Of a DNA stretch of 64,000 bases, positions 1 to 12,363 are shown piece after piece. The stretch spans positions 334,862,001 to 334,926,000 of the forward strand of contig OZ024743.1 of the NCBI GenBank assembly GCA_964016885.1. The letters are read 5' to 3'. The notes below the pieces were generated by a model that did no database searches, had not been told where the DNA came from, and saw only the letters and a program-made list of their open reading frames with translations. The position numbers and the translations under genes were made by a program. This DNA comes from Eledone cirrhosa. Lineage: Eukaryota. Numbering within the stretch: position 1 is the stretch's first letter; every line of letters begins with the position of its first letter.

Positions 1-75
1 CAGCGCATCGGTAGGGATTCTCCTACATGGATATAAAGTAGTGGCCGTACTCGAAAACGAGTTGGCAGCCACCAT
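1..75 (+). mobile_element. 3' end of RTE-derived non-autonomous retroelement (SINE-like)
   Basis: cagcgcatcggtaggg...ggccgtactcgaaaacgagttggcagccaccatgtat is near-identical to the ends at 6251-6330 and 41023-41100 and resembles the RTE 3' end at 11790-11830. Confidence 0.8.
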
Positions 76-579
76 GTATACATATACGTTTTTAATTTAT
101 ATATATATTGGTGCTATTTGCTTACTGAGTGGGAAAAACAGAGAGTATATTTATCCTAAGTAGGATGCTCTGCTCTTGAATAGTTACTCTAAGTTTCACA
201 ATCGCTGAAGATGAAGTGATTAATGAGGAGTAACAGTGCGATAAGAAATAAGAAACAATATTTGAAAACATCTAGATGGGATTTATTTACAATAGATCGT
301 AATTTGATTGGTTGAAGAAAAAATCACTAAGTAAAGGCATCAAATAGCCATCACTATATGCAGCAGTATGTCAACAGTTCAATTCTCTATCAATCATAAT
401 CTTATGTAAATAGGCAAGAAAATACGATTTTCGAATCTAGTTGTGCCCTCTCCTGAAGGCGTCTATATCATCAAAAGAACCACAAGGAACACGAATTTGG
501 TGGGCTTATATACACACTCGCTCCTAGTACTAATCTGTATACACACACATACACACATATATATATATATTTATATATA

Positions 580-660
<81 letters not shown>

Positions 661-726
661 GTATATATAAATATACAGTTGAAAATATCAGTTGAAAATA
701 GCAAATTTGACTGTCACCACAGGATA

Positions 727-765
727 TGAACCTGAAGATTGTGGAAGCATGAAAGTACTTGTTCA
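727..765 (+). ncRNA. Minimal type I hammerhead ribozyme (Penelope-type)
   Basis: tgaac CTGAAGA ttgtggaagcat GAAA gtac TT gttca: stem I tgaac/gttca, conserved core, palindromic stem III aagtactt. Confidence 0.7.
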
Positions 766-892
766 ATTAAAACTTCACATTTAGTATTCTACTATACTAT
801 TTCATTCTAATACCATTATAAATTTTAAAGGATTGTAAATAAAACGAGTAAATTAGACAAAGTTGAAAATCCTTTTATTAATATAAATATAC

Positions 893-973
<81 letters not shown>

Positions 974-974
974 T

Positions 975-1561
975 ATAGCGGCGATGAATTAGTTTTGCGA
1001 GGTTTTTTATATGAAATCGTGTGTCGAAACAGATATTGTTATATTTGGGGAGGGTCATATTTGCGTAATATTGCCAGAATTAATAACAGAACACACTCAC
1101 TGTTTGGTTGGTTTTCGCTTCTCGCTGTCTTTTATATATATATATCTGCGATCTAACTTACTCGGTCCTCAATGTTGCCATTGACTGACCGGCGGTCAAA
1201 AATAATACAGATACAATATAGACAAACACATATATATATAGTTTACATAAAAAATGAACAAAAAAAATGGCGTAGACATACAACACAACAGGAGGAACAA
1301 TGAATATAACACCACTGACGATGTTGCAGATGTGCAACGAAAGATTTATGTAAACTATATATATATGTGTTTGTCTATATTGTATCTGTATTATTTTTGA
1401 CCGCCGGTCAGTCAATGGCAACATTGAGGACCGAGTAAGTTAGATCGCAGATATATATATATAAAAGACAGCGAGAAGCGAAAACCAACCAAACAGTGAG
1501 TGTGTTCTGTTATTAATTCTGGCAATATTACGCAAATATGACCCTCCCCAAATATAACAAT
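975..1561. mobile_element. Fold-back mini-element derived from a Penelope-like terminal repeat
   Basis: ~218-bp inverted arms 1035-1252 / 1344-1561; terminus ttgttatatttggggagggtcat is related to the PLE terminus at 56896; flanked by (TA)n; CTGACGA-gttgca/tgcaac-GAAA hammerhead-like motif at 1315-1342. Confidence 0.7.
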
Positions 1562-1568
1562 ATAAATA

Positions 1569-1604
<36 letters not shown>

Positions 1605-1605
1605 C

Positions 1606-1667
<62 letters not shown>

Positions 1668-1684
1668 AAAGCGGGTAAAATTCC

Positions 1685-1925
1685 CGAGATCCATGGACGA
1701 GTTCTCTCCAGCGGTCTCTGACCCTCATTATAGCTGCCATGTCCTGCGTCTCCAACAGACCAGTGTCTGACATTAGGGCATCAACATACGTCAACCTTGG
1801 TCTTCCTCTTCCAGTGTGTCCATGTAGGGGCTCCCAAAGGAGCACTGAGTGCAATGTCAACTCTGGATGTCGGTGAGCATGTCCAGCTAACCTCAGTTTC
1901 CTCTGTGTCACTTTTGAGCTGACTT
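1685..1925 (-). pseudogene. 3' fragment of RTE/RTEX-group LINE reverse transcriptase C-terminus
   Basis: QRKLRLAGH...LLWEP..G..GRGRPRLTYVD.L..D...DRWR matches the RTE-group C-terminal motif. Confidence 0.7.
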
Positions 1926-1988
1926 TTGGGATGCTACACGAGAATGCTGATGATGGCTCTGAACATTAATCAGTATACACTGAGGATG

Positions 1989-2034
<46 letters not shown>

Positions 2035-2043
<9 letters not shown>

Positions 2044-2473
2044 CAGGTACACATACATATATGCACGTATCGTTTAGCGGACGCCTATTATAGCGCCCGC
2101 TTTGTTCGTTTGTAAACAAACTGAACAGCCTGAATTTATGCCCTACGTTGTTAAGGCAACCAAGTCACCTTTTTGTTCAACACTGACACAGGAACGATGT
2201 ACTAGTTTCAAGCTTCTTAGCTATCATCAGCACCGTATACCCTTCTGCCAGATAGTTGAACGTTCGAAAGTATATACTTTCCTTATGAAAATTAACGGCT
2301 GAGCAGCCTAATTTGCATATCGAGTGAGTTAAGTCGGTCAGGCGTACCGACAAACGACAAGTTGTAATAAAATGAAAACGAAATTTCCTTTCTCACTCTT
2401 AGTACGGCACTTACTTAAATGTAAGTATGTATGTATACGTACATACATATATGTATACAGACGTACAGTAGCA

Positions 2474-2527
<54 letters not shown>

Positions 2528-2635
2528 CAGGTACACATACATATATGCACGTATCAGTTTAGCGGACGCCTATTATAGCGCCCGCTTTGTTCTTTTGTAA
2601 ACAAACTGAACAGTGCATATATGTATGTGTACCTG

Positions 2636-2701
<66 letters not shown>

Positions 2702-2817
2702 CATGCTACTGTACGTCTGTATACATATATGTATGTACGTATACATACATACTTACATTTAAGTAAGTGCCGTACTAAGAGTGAGAAATGAAATTTCGTT
2801 TTCATTTTATTACAACT

Positions 2818-2820
<3 letters not shown>
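2035..2820. repeat. Compound direct and inverted duplication among (TA)n tracts
   Basis: 2035-2128 is repeated at 2518-2613; 2358-2478 is inverted at 2699-2820. Confidence 0.65.
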
Positions 2821-2855
<35 letters not shown>

Positions 2856-2861
2856 TATACG

Positions 2862-2984
<123 letters not shown>

Positions 2985-3022
2985 GTATACACACACACAT
3001 ACACACACACACAAACACACAC

Positions 3023-3061
<39 letters not shown>

Positions 3062-3091
3062 AAAGGGTATATACATATAAACTAGACAAAC

Positions 3092-3161
<70 letters not shown>

Positions 3162-3203
3162 GCGAAACATAAGTCAATTGCATGAACTCATCATTCTTTA
3201 TTT

Positions 3204-3259
3204 ACTGCTATATATATTTCGATGATAGCCATTGAATGTCTATGACCTCATCAGGCAGT
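3204..3259 (-). ncRNA. Hammerhead ribozyme in a solo PLE terminal fragment
   Basis: Minus strand actgc CTGATGA ggtcatagacattcaatggctatcatc GAAA tatatata gcagt; related to 17285 and 61566. Confidence 0.75.
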
Positions 3260-3313
3260 TGGTTAGTTCTTAGGTATGCCAGCTCTGTGTTTATGGTGTT
3301 AATGGTATCAGAG

Positions 3314-3360
<47 letters not shown>

Positions 3361-3364
<4 letters not shown>

Positions 3365-3744
3365 ATACTTTCGGAGGGTCATGTTGCCAATAAGAAACAC
3401 ACGCACCAGTTGCTTTCACTTCAATTTATTATATATTTATAAATTGACAAATTTACAAATTTATAAATTTCTGGTTGGTTGGTTGGTTCCACAACCAGAT
3501 AGTTGTTTATATATAGTCATAGTCCTTTCGTCACACACTCTGTGACCTCTTCAGTGGAACCATCCAACCAACCAAAAATTTATAAATTTGTAAATTTGTT
3601 AATTTATAAATATATAATTAATTGAAGTGAAAGCATATGGTGCGTGTGTTTCTTATTGGCAACATGACCCTCCCAAAGTATAACAATATCGGTTTCAACA
3701 CACGATTTCAGGTAAAAGAATCTTGCTAAACAAATTCAGAAACG

Positions 3745-3748
<4 letters not shown>
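3361..3748. mobile_element. Fold-back mini-element made only of Neptune-like PLE termini
   Basis: Arms 3361-3485 / 3563-3687 match 56896-57020 and 61180-61305; the tail to 3748 matches 61305-61363; hammerhead-like motif on minus strand 3517-3556. Confidence 0.8.
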
Positions 3749-3804
<56 letters not shown>

Positions 3805-3812
<8 letters not shown>

Positions 3813-4504
3813 TTTTGGCAACCATTCACGGTGTGGCACAATGACGAATTAATTAAATAATTAATAATCAGAGCAACATATATAAAATTAAGTCCATAGA
3901 ATCATTAGATAAAATATATACAGTATTTCTTCTCCCAATCAGCATAACTCAACAACACAAAAAATCATTTAAACGAGGCTATAAGTTTAAAATATACTTA
4001 TGAAGAAACAATAGATAAATGATATAGATTTTTATCTGTGACTCATAGCTACAGAAAATTTACCTAGTATTTCTGATAGCCTGTAGAAATTGACTAGACA
4101 TATAGTTAACCATATATATTACAAAATAGGTACATAATCAAAGTTAGAAGAAAAAAATGTACATAAACCTACCAATATCATCAAAATATCTCTACCCCGG
4201 CGGTTTCATTCCATTTTTGTATATATCCGATCTTGGATAAATCAGCGAGGTTGGAAATCATCAAGAGATAACTCAATTGGACAAAGATTTTTGTTACAAG
4301 ACCCCCGCCAGAACCAAATTCAAAATACTAGGTAAATTTTCTGTAGCTATGAGTCGCAGATAAAAAGCTATATCATTTATCTATTGATTCTTCATTAGTA
4401 TATTTTAAACTTATAGCCTCGTTCAAATCATTTTTTTGTGTTGTTGAGTCATGCTGATTGGGGGAAGAAATACTGTATATATTTTATCTAATGATTCTAT
4501 GGAC

Positions 4505-4515
<11 letters not shown>
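3805..4515 (-). mobile_element. Fold-back mini-element with an internal hammerhead-like motif (copy A)
   Basis: Inverted arms ~3879-4071 / 4324-4515; minus strand atctc TTGATGA ttcca...tggaat GAAAC..GTA gagat at 4188-4269; paralog at 18080-18785. Confidence 0.7.
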
Positions 4516-4538
<23 letters not shown>

Positions 4539-4539
<1 letters not shown>

Positions 4540-5320
4540 GGTAGCAAGACCACTGTAGATCCTCTTCAGACGTTCTTTGGCTAGCGGTAAACTACCCAGA
4601 GAGCTAAAGGATGGCACAATATACCCTATCCATAAAGGAGGAAGCAGACGGAAGCCCCAAACTACAGCCCGGTCTCCCTGACGTCACATATCAGTAAGGT
4701 AATGGAACGAATCATTAGAAAGAAACTCTCACGTTCCTCTAGGAAAATGACCGCCTAACTAGCACGCAGCATGGCTTTCACCCTGGAATCAGCTGCCTTA
4801 TATAGCTGTTACAACGCTATGACTGAGTACTGATACCAATAAGTGGGAAGCTCACATGTGTACGTGATATATCTTCACTTTGCTAAGGCCTTTGACAAGG
4901 TCGACCACAGAATGGTATTTCACAAACTTCACAGACTCGGCATAACTGGAAAAGTAGGTGAGTGGATTCATGATTTCTGAAAGACAGAATCCAGACAGTT
5001 GCAGCCAATAGGGCCCCCTCAAAGGATACATCAATAAGGTGTTGGGTGCTACAAGGCACTGTCTTGGGACAACTACAGTTTTTGGTGGCTCTCTCAGACA
5101 TGCCCTCTGTAGTACATACATCATCCCTCCTAGCTATGCTGATGACACTAAGGTAGCACAGTCAATCAAAAAGCCAGCTGATGCTGCCCTTTTACAACAA
5201 GATCTGGATGACATATACAAATGGGCTGAGGACCACATCATGCAGTATAATGCTTGAAAGTTTCAAACCCTACAATACCAACCAACAAACACAAAGACAG
5301 TATAACACAGCTACACCGGA
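4539..5320 (+). pseudogene. CR1/Jockey-group LINE reverse transcriptase fragment (copy A)
   Basis: Frameshifted PIHKGG..NY.PVSLTS..SKVME, FAKAFDKVDH, GTVLG, SYADDTK, LQQDLDDIYKWA motifs. Confidence 0.85.
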
Positions 5321-5450
5321 CGAGAGACCAGGTAAGTTTCGGTCGCCTAGGTGAGAACCTCGCTGACGAGAGCGCGACAGGAGGGTATGGGGTGAGGTAG
5401 GCACGTAACGCTTGGTCCGAAGCTTATCGGAGGCCGAGGCCACCAAACCC
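5320..5450 (-). pseudogene. CRE-clade non-LTR fragment (shorter paralog of 19680-19950)
   Basis: Matches 19680-19803, which encodes GGLGLRSASDQALPAYL. Confidence 0.55.
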
Positions 5451-6074
5451 TTTCTTCTTTCTTACAAACTTTACACTAGATTTTTGCCTCAAGAATTTAT
5501 GTAATTTTATTTTTCAATTGTTAACCAATTGTTTACAATGAATACATGTCAACCAGTGAAATATTATTGTTGACATTAAAGGTCAAGCTCTTGTCTTCTT
5601 TTCTTTTCTGTTCTTACTTTATCCTAGTTTTCAATCTTGGATATTTGATTTCTATTGCAATGGCTCTCACAAAAGAAACAATATCCAACAAGGCTTCACA
5701 CACACACACACACACAACGCGCGCGCGCGCGCACATACATACACACACATACACACACAAACACACACACACACAGACGCACACGTACACTCACACACAC
5801 AGGCACATATTTATATATACATATATAGCAGCCCTGCACATACATATACATTTTTCCAACACATAGGACCAGTTCGAGAAGAAAACTAATAATTCGTTTG
5901 TTTTATCTTTGTTTCATTTTCGCATCTGAAATGTGGGTAATAACCCTGAAATATTCGTCAAAATACACCGAGTAAAACATTGCTTTGTTTTGTTTCAATT
6001 ACCCTCATGTGCCCTTCATATTTTCTACTGCACTGTACCGGCTCTTAAAAAGTGTATCGGTCATTTACACGCAC

Positions 6075-6329
6075 ATTATATATATAAAAGCTTCACGGCA
6101 AAGGCATTGCTTTATATCTGGAGATCTCTCTGCACTTGTCGTCACGTGGTACCATGGGCCCAGCACTATGTGTCAGTAATTGTCACAAGTGTACCACAAG
6201 TGTACCACAGTTTTCAAGTCGCTGGCTGGAATAAAAAGTCACACTCGTTGAGCACATAGGTAGGGGTTCTCCTACATGGATATAAAGTAGTGGCCGTATT
6301 CGAAAACGAGTTGGAAGCCACCATGTATG

Positions 6330-6330
<1 letters not shown>
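6075..6330 (+). mobile_element. 5'-truncated RTE-derived non-autonomous element
   Basis: Matches 40855-41100; followed by (TA)n and (TATG)n. Confidence 0.8.
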
Positions 6331-6379
<49 letters not shown>

Positions 6380-6776
6380 TAGATAGATAGGACAACACAC
6401 GCTGTCTTTTCGTGGGGTAAGTTTTTAATTAATTTTTGTATTCTGAAACATCAAAATACAACAATTTTTTGGTCACTGGACTCGGGAATGTCACGACAGA
6501 AGTTTGTGGAAGTTACACAAATATTTTAGTATATTTTAGCAGAGCAATCCTTATTTATATCTTACATTTTACATTTACTTACATCTCAATATAACATGGC
6601 TAAAATTCAAATTTTGCAAAGAGAAGAAAACGGTCAAATGAACTAGATACATCTCACTGTCCCCACCACCACAATAACGTCTACACTCTCTCCCCACCAT
6701 CACATGTCATTACCATACCATACCCTATCTAGACTAAAGTCATCGACTTGTTGTCAAACTCTCTACTCTCTGTTGA

Positions 6777-6816
<40 letters not shown>

Positions 6817-7184
6817 ATATGTATATGTGGTATATACATCACTCAGTCAAACGACCAGATTTCAACCCCAACATCTACAACAACAACACCGGCTCTAATG
6901 TTTACAGCAACAACAGCTTCAGAATGAACTGAAATGGACATTTACAACAACAACAACAGCGGCGTCAAAACATAAAAAAAGGAAGGGAAAAGAAAAGAAA
7001 AGAAAAGAAAAGAAAAGAAAAGAAAAGGGAAGAAAAACAAACAAAAAAAAAACTCAAAATAACAAAACTCACACACACACGCATACAACACAACAACAAC
7101 ATCAACTGCCACCACCACCACCACCACCGTCACCGCCGCCGCCATCACCATCACCAGCGACCGGGCCTTAAGAAAACAACTTTA

Positions 7185-7340
7185 ATAATAATTTTTCTGC
7201 TTTTGGCACGGATCACGCGACTGGCCAGCGCACAACTGGTACTCTCTTTTGTTGACTCCGTGGTGATGAAGGGCAAGGGTGATCTCGGCAGGATTTGAGC
7301 TCAGAGCGTGGAGAGCCATAACTCTATGCTGTAAAGCAAT
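7185..7340 (-). mobile_element. Degenerate tRNA-derived SINE
   Basis: Minus strand ctcaaatcctgccgag..cttgcccttcatc..gtcaacaaaa..gtaccag resembles the SINE at 32616-32802. Confidence 0.55.
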
Positions 7341-7619
7341 TATAATAATACTGGACTGTAATACGATCGGCTTCAACTATACAAACTCTTGAAAGTCAAC
7401 AGTTGACATAATCTTGTAATCTTGTATCAGTAATGACGGTAATATATATATATATATGTGTGTGTGTAAGTGAGTAGAGTAGCGTGTGTGTGTTTGTTTG
7501 TATGTATGTGTTGCTGTGTGCGCGCATATGTATGCGTGTGTGTGTATGTCGTACGTATAAATGTCAATAAGTGAGATTTTTTTTTTTTTTTTTTTGCGCG
7601 GGGACATAGAAATAATCGG

Positions 7620-10600
7620 GCTGGATGCGCGATCGCGCAGTTAAACCACTGGGAGTGAAGGACCCCTAGCCCTTGTCAGGGCATTCTTTTAGGAGAAGGC
7701 ATCTCAGGAGACTGGGTTAACTCCGATATAAAACCTGCGGCTCAGTAGTTACCGATGATGTTGATCTTTTCTTCTTTTCGGGTTATAGCTACTGTTGCTC
7801 AGAGAGTGGGATTGGCTCAGTGCACAGTCTTTCCTCACTTTAACAATATTCGTCACGCACAGGCATTGCACGAGTGCATTAATAATTATTAATAGTGTAC
7901 TATTATTATTATTACTATTATTATTACTTTTTTTTTTTTTTTTTTTTTTTTTCCAATTCAATGATGTTCCAGAACAATGTAAAAGAGATAATTGGCAATT
8001 TAGGTTCTGGAACAAAAAAGATCATTGGCAATAAGGGCAGGGGCCCCAAGTTATCACAGCCTGGGCCCGCTCGTCATCGTGCCATTGTAATAGAGCCAAA
8101 CAAGGCATTTAGTCTTGGCTGCTGGAACGTACGGACGCTGCTTGACAGGGATTCCTTGGAGCGTCCTGAACGAAGGACCGCTCTTGTTGCAAAGGAGCTT
8201 CGACGTTACGATCTTGACATCGTGGCTTTATCTGAGACGAGGTTAGCTGGAGATGGTCATCTTACGGAATTTTGTGGAGAATATACATTCTTCTGGAAAG
8301 GAAGAGATGAAGGAACCAGAAGAGAGGCTGGGGTAGGATTTGCTGTTAAGACAGTAGGGATTAGTGAGCGTCTTATGTCCATGAGAGTTCTGCTGGACAA
8401 AGGAAGATATGCTACCCTGGTGAGTGTGTATGCTACAACTATGAATTCTGTCGATGAAGAAAAACTGTCCTTTTACCATGCCTTGAAAGGTGTTCTAAGA
8501 AATATCCCTCAGGCAGACAAAGTCATCGTGCTTGGTGATTTTAATGCTAGAGTGGGTAGGGATTTTAACACATGGAATGTAATCGGAAGGCATGGGGTGG
8601 GAAAGTGTAACAGCAATGGTATGCTCCTGCTGCAGATGTGTGAGGAGCTGAATCTGTGTGTTACCAACACCATGTTCCAACAAAAGAACACATTCAAGAC
8701 CACATGGATGCATCCTGCATCTAAGGAATGACATCTTTTGGACTACGTCCTAGTCAGGATGCGTGACAGACAGGATGTGCAGTGTGTTCGTGTTCTTCGT
8801 GGAGCTGAGTGCTGGACGGACTACCGCCTGGTACGCGCAAAAGTGAAACTAATCACCAAACGTAAAATCTGGGCTCCTGGTGTTACCCTGCCCAAAAGAT
8901 TGAATGCTGCTCGTCTTAAGGATACAAATGTGAAGAGGACTTTGGAAGAAGAGATGCAGGCTGCAGATCTTGGTGAGGATTGGCCGACCCTTAAAAAGTC
9001 GGTTTATGATGTAGGCAGGCGTGTTCTGGGATTGGTGCAGAGAAAACATCAGGACTGGTTTAATGAGAATGATGTACATATAGAAGACTTGTTGGCTGAT
9101 AAGAGGCGTGCTCTTTATCGCTACTTGACGGCAAAACCACAGGAGAGGAATACGTTGCATAAGGAACGCAAAGATGTAAAATCCCGTGTTAGGTGGAGTC
9201 TTTCTCAGATGAAAGATCAGTGATGGAGTGAGAAGGCTGGTGAGATACAAACTGCGTCTGATTCCAATAACACAAAGCTGTTGTACAGTCTCTTGCGTGA
9301 GGTTTATGGACCGTCTTCTTCTCTGGTGACACCGCTTCGCCGCAGGGATGGCAAAGAACTTCTTCGTGACTCACAGGGAATTCTACGAAGGTGGCGAGAG
9401 CACTTTCATGATCTTTTGAATCAGCCGTCTGTCGTCAGTGAAGATTTCCTCAATCTCATTCCAGAATGTCCTGTGAAAGTAGCTCTCGCAGAACCTTCAA
9501 CGCTTGTGGAGGTTGCAGTGGCTATTTCGAAGCTGAACAGTGGAAGATCTCCAGGTATGGATGGCATACATGCTGAGCTCCTACAATATGGTGGTGAGAG
9601 ACTCCTGCAACATCTGCACTCTTTGTTTGGAAGGATATGAGCTAATGAATCCGTACCTGAGGAGTGGAGAGATGCAGTAATGGTGGTCTTGTACAAGGGA
9701 AAGGGTAACAGGAATGATTGTGGGAACTACAGAGCTATATCATTGCTTTCTGTCGTAGGGAAAGTTTTATGTAGGGTGCTTCTGGACTGTCTGCTGACAC
9801 ACATTGCAGATTGTGTTCTTCTTGAAAGTCAATCTGGTTTTCGTGCTGGACGCGGCACTACTGATATGATCTTCTCAGCTAGACAGCTCCAGGAGAAGTG
9901 CATTGAACAAGGCTTGGATCTGTATCAGGTTTTTGTCGATCTGACAAAGGCTTTCGATACTGTCAACAGAGATGCATTATGGAAGGTTCTCCAGAAACTT
10001 GGTTGCCCTGATAAGTTCCTTGCTTTAGTTAGGTCTTTCCATGACGACATGAAGGCTTGGGTTAATGTCGGTGGTAACATGTCGGAGCCTATCTCAGTAA
10101 AAAAAATGGAGTGAAACAGGGGGATATTCCAGCACCGACCCTGTTTGCCATATACTTTGCAATGGTTTTCTGTATTGCATTCAGGAATTGCGAGCATGGT
10201 GTTTACATCCGATATCGAACCTCAGGCAGCATATTTAACATCAGGCGCTTTGCTGCGAAGACAAAAGTATTTACATCAATCATAAGAGACCTCTTGTATG
10301 CAGATGATTGCGATCTTGTAGTGCACACAGAGAGTGATATGCAGCACATTTTGAATGCATTTTCTGAAGCTTGCACTGCCCTGGGTTTGACTGTCAGTCT
10401 CAAGAAAACCGTTGTCTTGTACCAACCTGCCCCTAGTAAGCAGTACACTGAACCAAACATCTATGTGTATGGCAAACGACTTGGAGTGGTTGATCAGTTT
10501 GTCTACCTGGGAAGCACTGTCAATCGATACGGCAACCTTGACAGTGAAATCTCACTTAGGATTAGGAAAGCAAGTGATGATTTCGGAAAGCTAGAAAGGC

Positions 10601-11730
10601 GACTCTGGAGTCGGCGAGACATATGCAGGAGGACAAAGGTAAAGGTGTACAGGGCATGTGTACTCTCTTGTCTTCTTTATGCCTGCGAGACCTGGGTCTC
10701 ATATCGACACCACCTTAAGCAATTGGAGCGTTTCCATCAGATGTGTCTCAGACGGATCCATGGCGTTCACTGGAGGTACCACATCAGTGATGTCGAGATT
10801 TTGGAAAGCTCTATGTGTGACAGTATAGAAGCTCTTGTGCTTAAGCAACGACTCCGTTGGAGTGGTTACCTTGCCAGGATGAAGGATTCTAGAATACCAA
10901 AACAACTCTTCTATGGAGAGTTGGTTAAAGGAAAACGACCGCCACATAAACCAAAAAAGAGGCATAAGGATTCCTTGAAAGCCTCTCTGAAAGACGCTAA
11001 CATCTCTGCTGATACATGGGAAAATGTTGCTGCTGATCGTAATAAATGGAGAAAGACTGTATATGAGGGAAAAGTTGCCTTTGGGCCATCTCTCGAATCG
11101 CACACGAGAAAGTAAAGCGGGATGTGAGGAAGGGCATTGCTGTTGCACTTCCTGACGGCGAGGGTCCTCCTATGGTGCTGACATGCAGCGTCTGCGCGAG
11201 ATTCTGCCTAAGCAAAGCTGGACTCGAAAGTCATCTTCGCAGTCATAAAGTAAGACCAGTGGTTGACTACCAGGCTGCTGTTGGAGATGCTACTCATCAT
11301 GCTTGCCAAACATGTGGTAGAGAATGTAAATCAGCAGGAGGGCTCAAGCGACATGCAAAAGTACACGAACTCCAACCACAGCCGACTATTCCCAGTGAAT
11401 GTTTTGGTTGCCGACTCTGTGCAAGACATTTTAGATCATTGGCTGGGCTAAAAAGCCACATTCGATCGCAGCACTGTTAGTTGCTATCGTGTGTGTGTGT
11501 GTGTGTGTAGATATGCTTATGTGCATGCGTGTGTATATATATATGAATATGTATATTATTATTGTTGTTGTCGTTATTATTATTATTGCTATTATTATTA
11601 TTATTATTATTATTATTGTTATTAATGTATGTGTGTGTGTATATGTGTGTGTATGTGTATGTATGTGTGTATGTATATATGTATGTATGTATATATATAT
11701 ATATATATATATATTTCTTTTCTTTTTATT

Positions 11731-11766
<36 letters not shown>

Positions 11767-11835
11767 TTTATTTTTTTTCTTCTTGTGCAATGGCCATACT
11801 CGATAACGAGGCGGCAGCCATCATGTATGTATGTC
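7620..11835 (+). mobile_element. Near full-length RTE-clade LINE
   Basis: 5' UTR, APE+RT ORF, zinc-finger tail, microsatellite-filled 3' UTR ending ggccatactcgataacgaggcggcagccatc(atgt)n. Confidence 0.9.
7961..11480 (+). pseudogene. RTE ORF: APE endonuclease + reverse transcriptase + C-terminal C2H2-like zinc fingers, disrupted
   Basis: GCWNVRTL, DIVALSETR, GDFNARVG, NYRAISLLS, QSGFR.GR, DLTKAFD, LYADD, YLGS; CSVC..H..H, CQTC..H..H, CRLC..H; three TGA stops and frameshifts near 10105 and 11090. Confidence 0.92.
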
Positions 11836-12335
11836 TCATGGTCGGGTCGTTGGCGACTAAACTGGCAACCCCACCAGAGTTTCTTGTTGAGGAGGGTGGC
11901 TTTGGACATCCTGCAGGACTAAAAACAAAACCTGTCAAAAAGCAAAGGGGCTCTTAAGAGTCAATAGCCATCCAAAATCACCGGGAGAGATGATCCCTTA
12001 GCCTTTGTCAAGACAGAATTCTAGGAGAACGAAAACTCTGATATAACACCTGCAACTCTGATGGTATCCAATGATGTTAACTTGTTCTTCTTTTTGGTAA
12101 ATATCATCTTGGTTAAGAGAGTGGGACTGGCTTTGTGCAGTGCCTTTGCTCACTATAACAGCTTCACAGCACAGGCATTGCTTTATATCTGGAGATCTCT
12201 CTGCACTTGTCGTCACATGGTACCAGCACTGTGTATCAATAATTGTCACAAGTGTAGTGTTTGTACCAGAGTTTTCAAGTCGCTGGCTGGACTAAAAAGT
12301 TACACACGTTCAGCGCATCGGTAGGGGTTCTCCTA
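11836..12335 (+). mobile_element. Bipartite RTE-derived non-autonomous element
   Basis: 5' part resembles the RTE 5' UTR (7650-7870); 3' part encodes CSVCTRVFKSLAGLKSYTRSAHR like the last RTE finger; homologous to 40480-41100. Confidence 0.85.
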
Positions 12336-12363
12336 TATATACGTTTTTAATTTTATATATATA

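Noticed and set aside
183-234. Minus-strand hammerhead with stem gttactc/gagtaac
   Set aside because: Core reads CTCATTA in both paralogs; too degenerate to call
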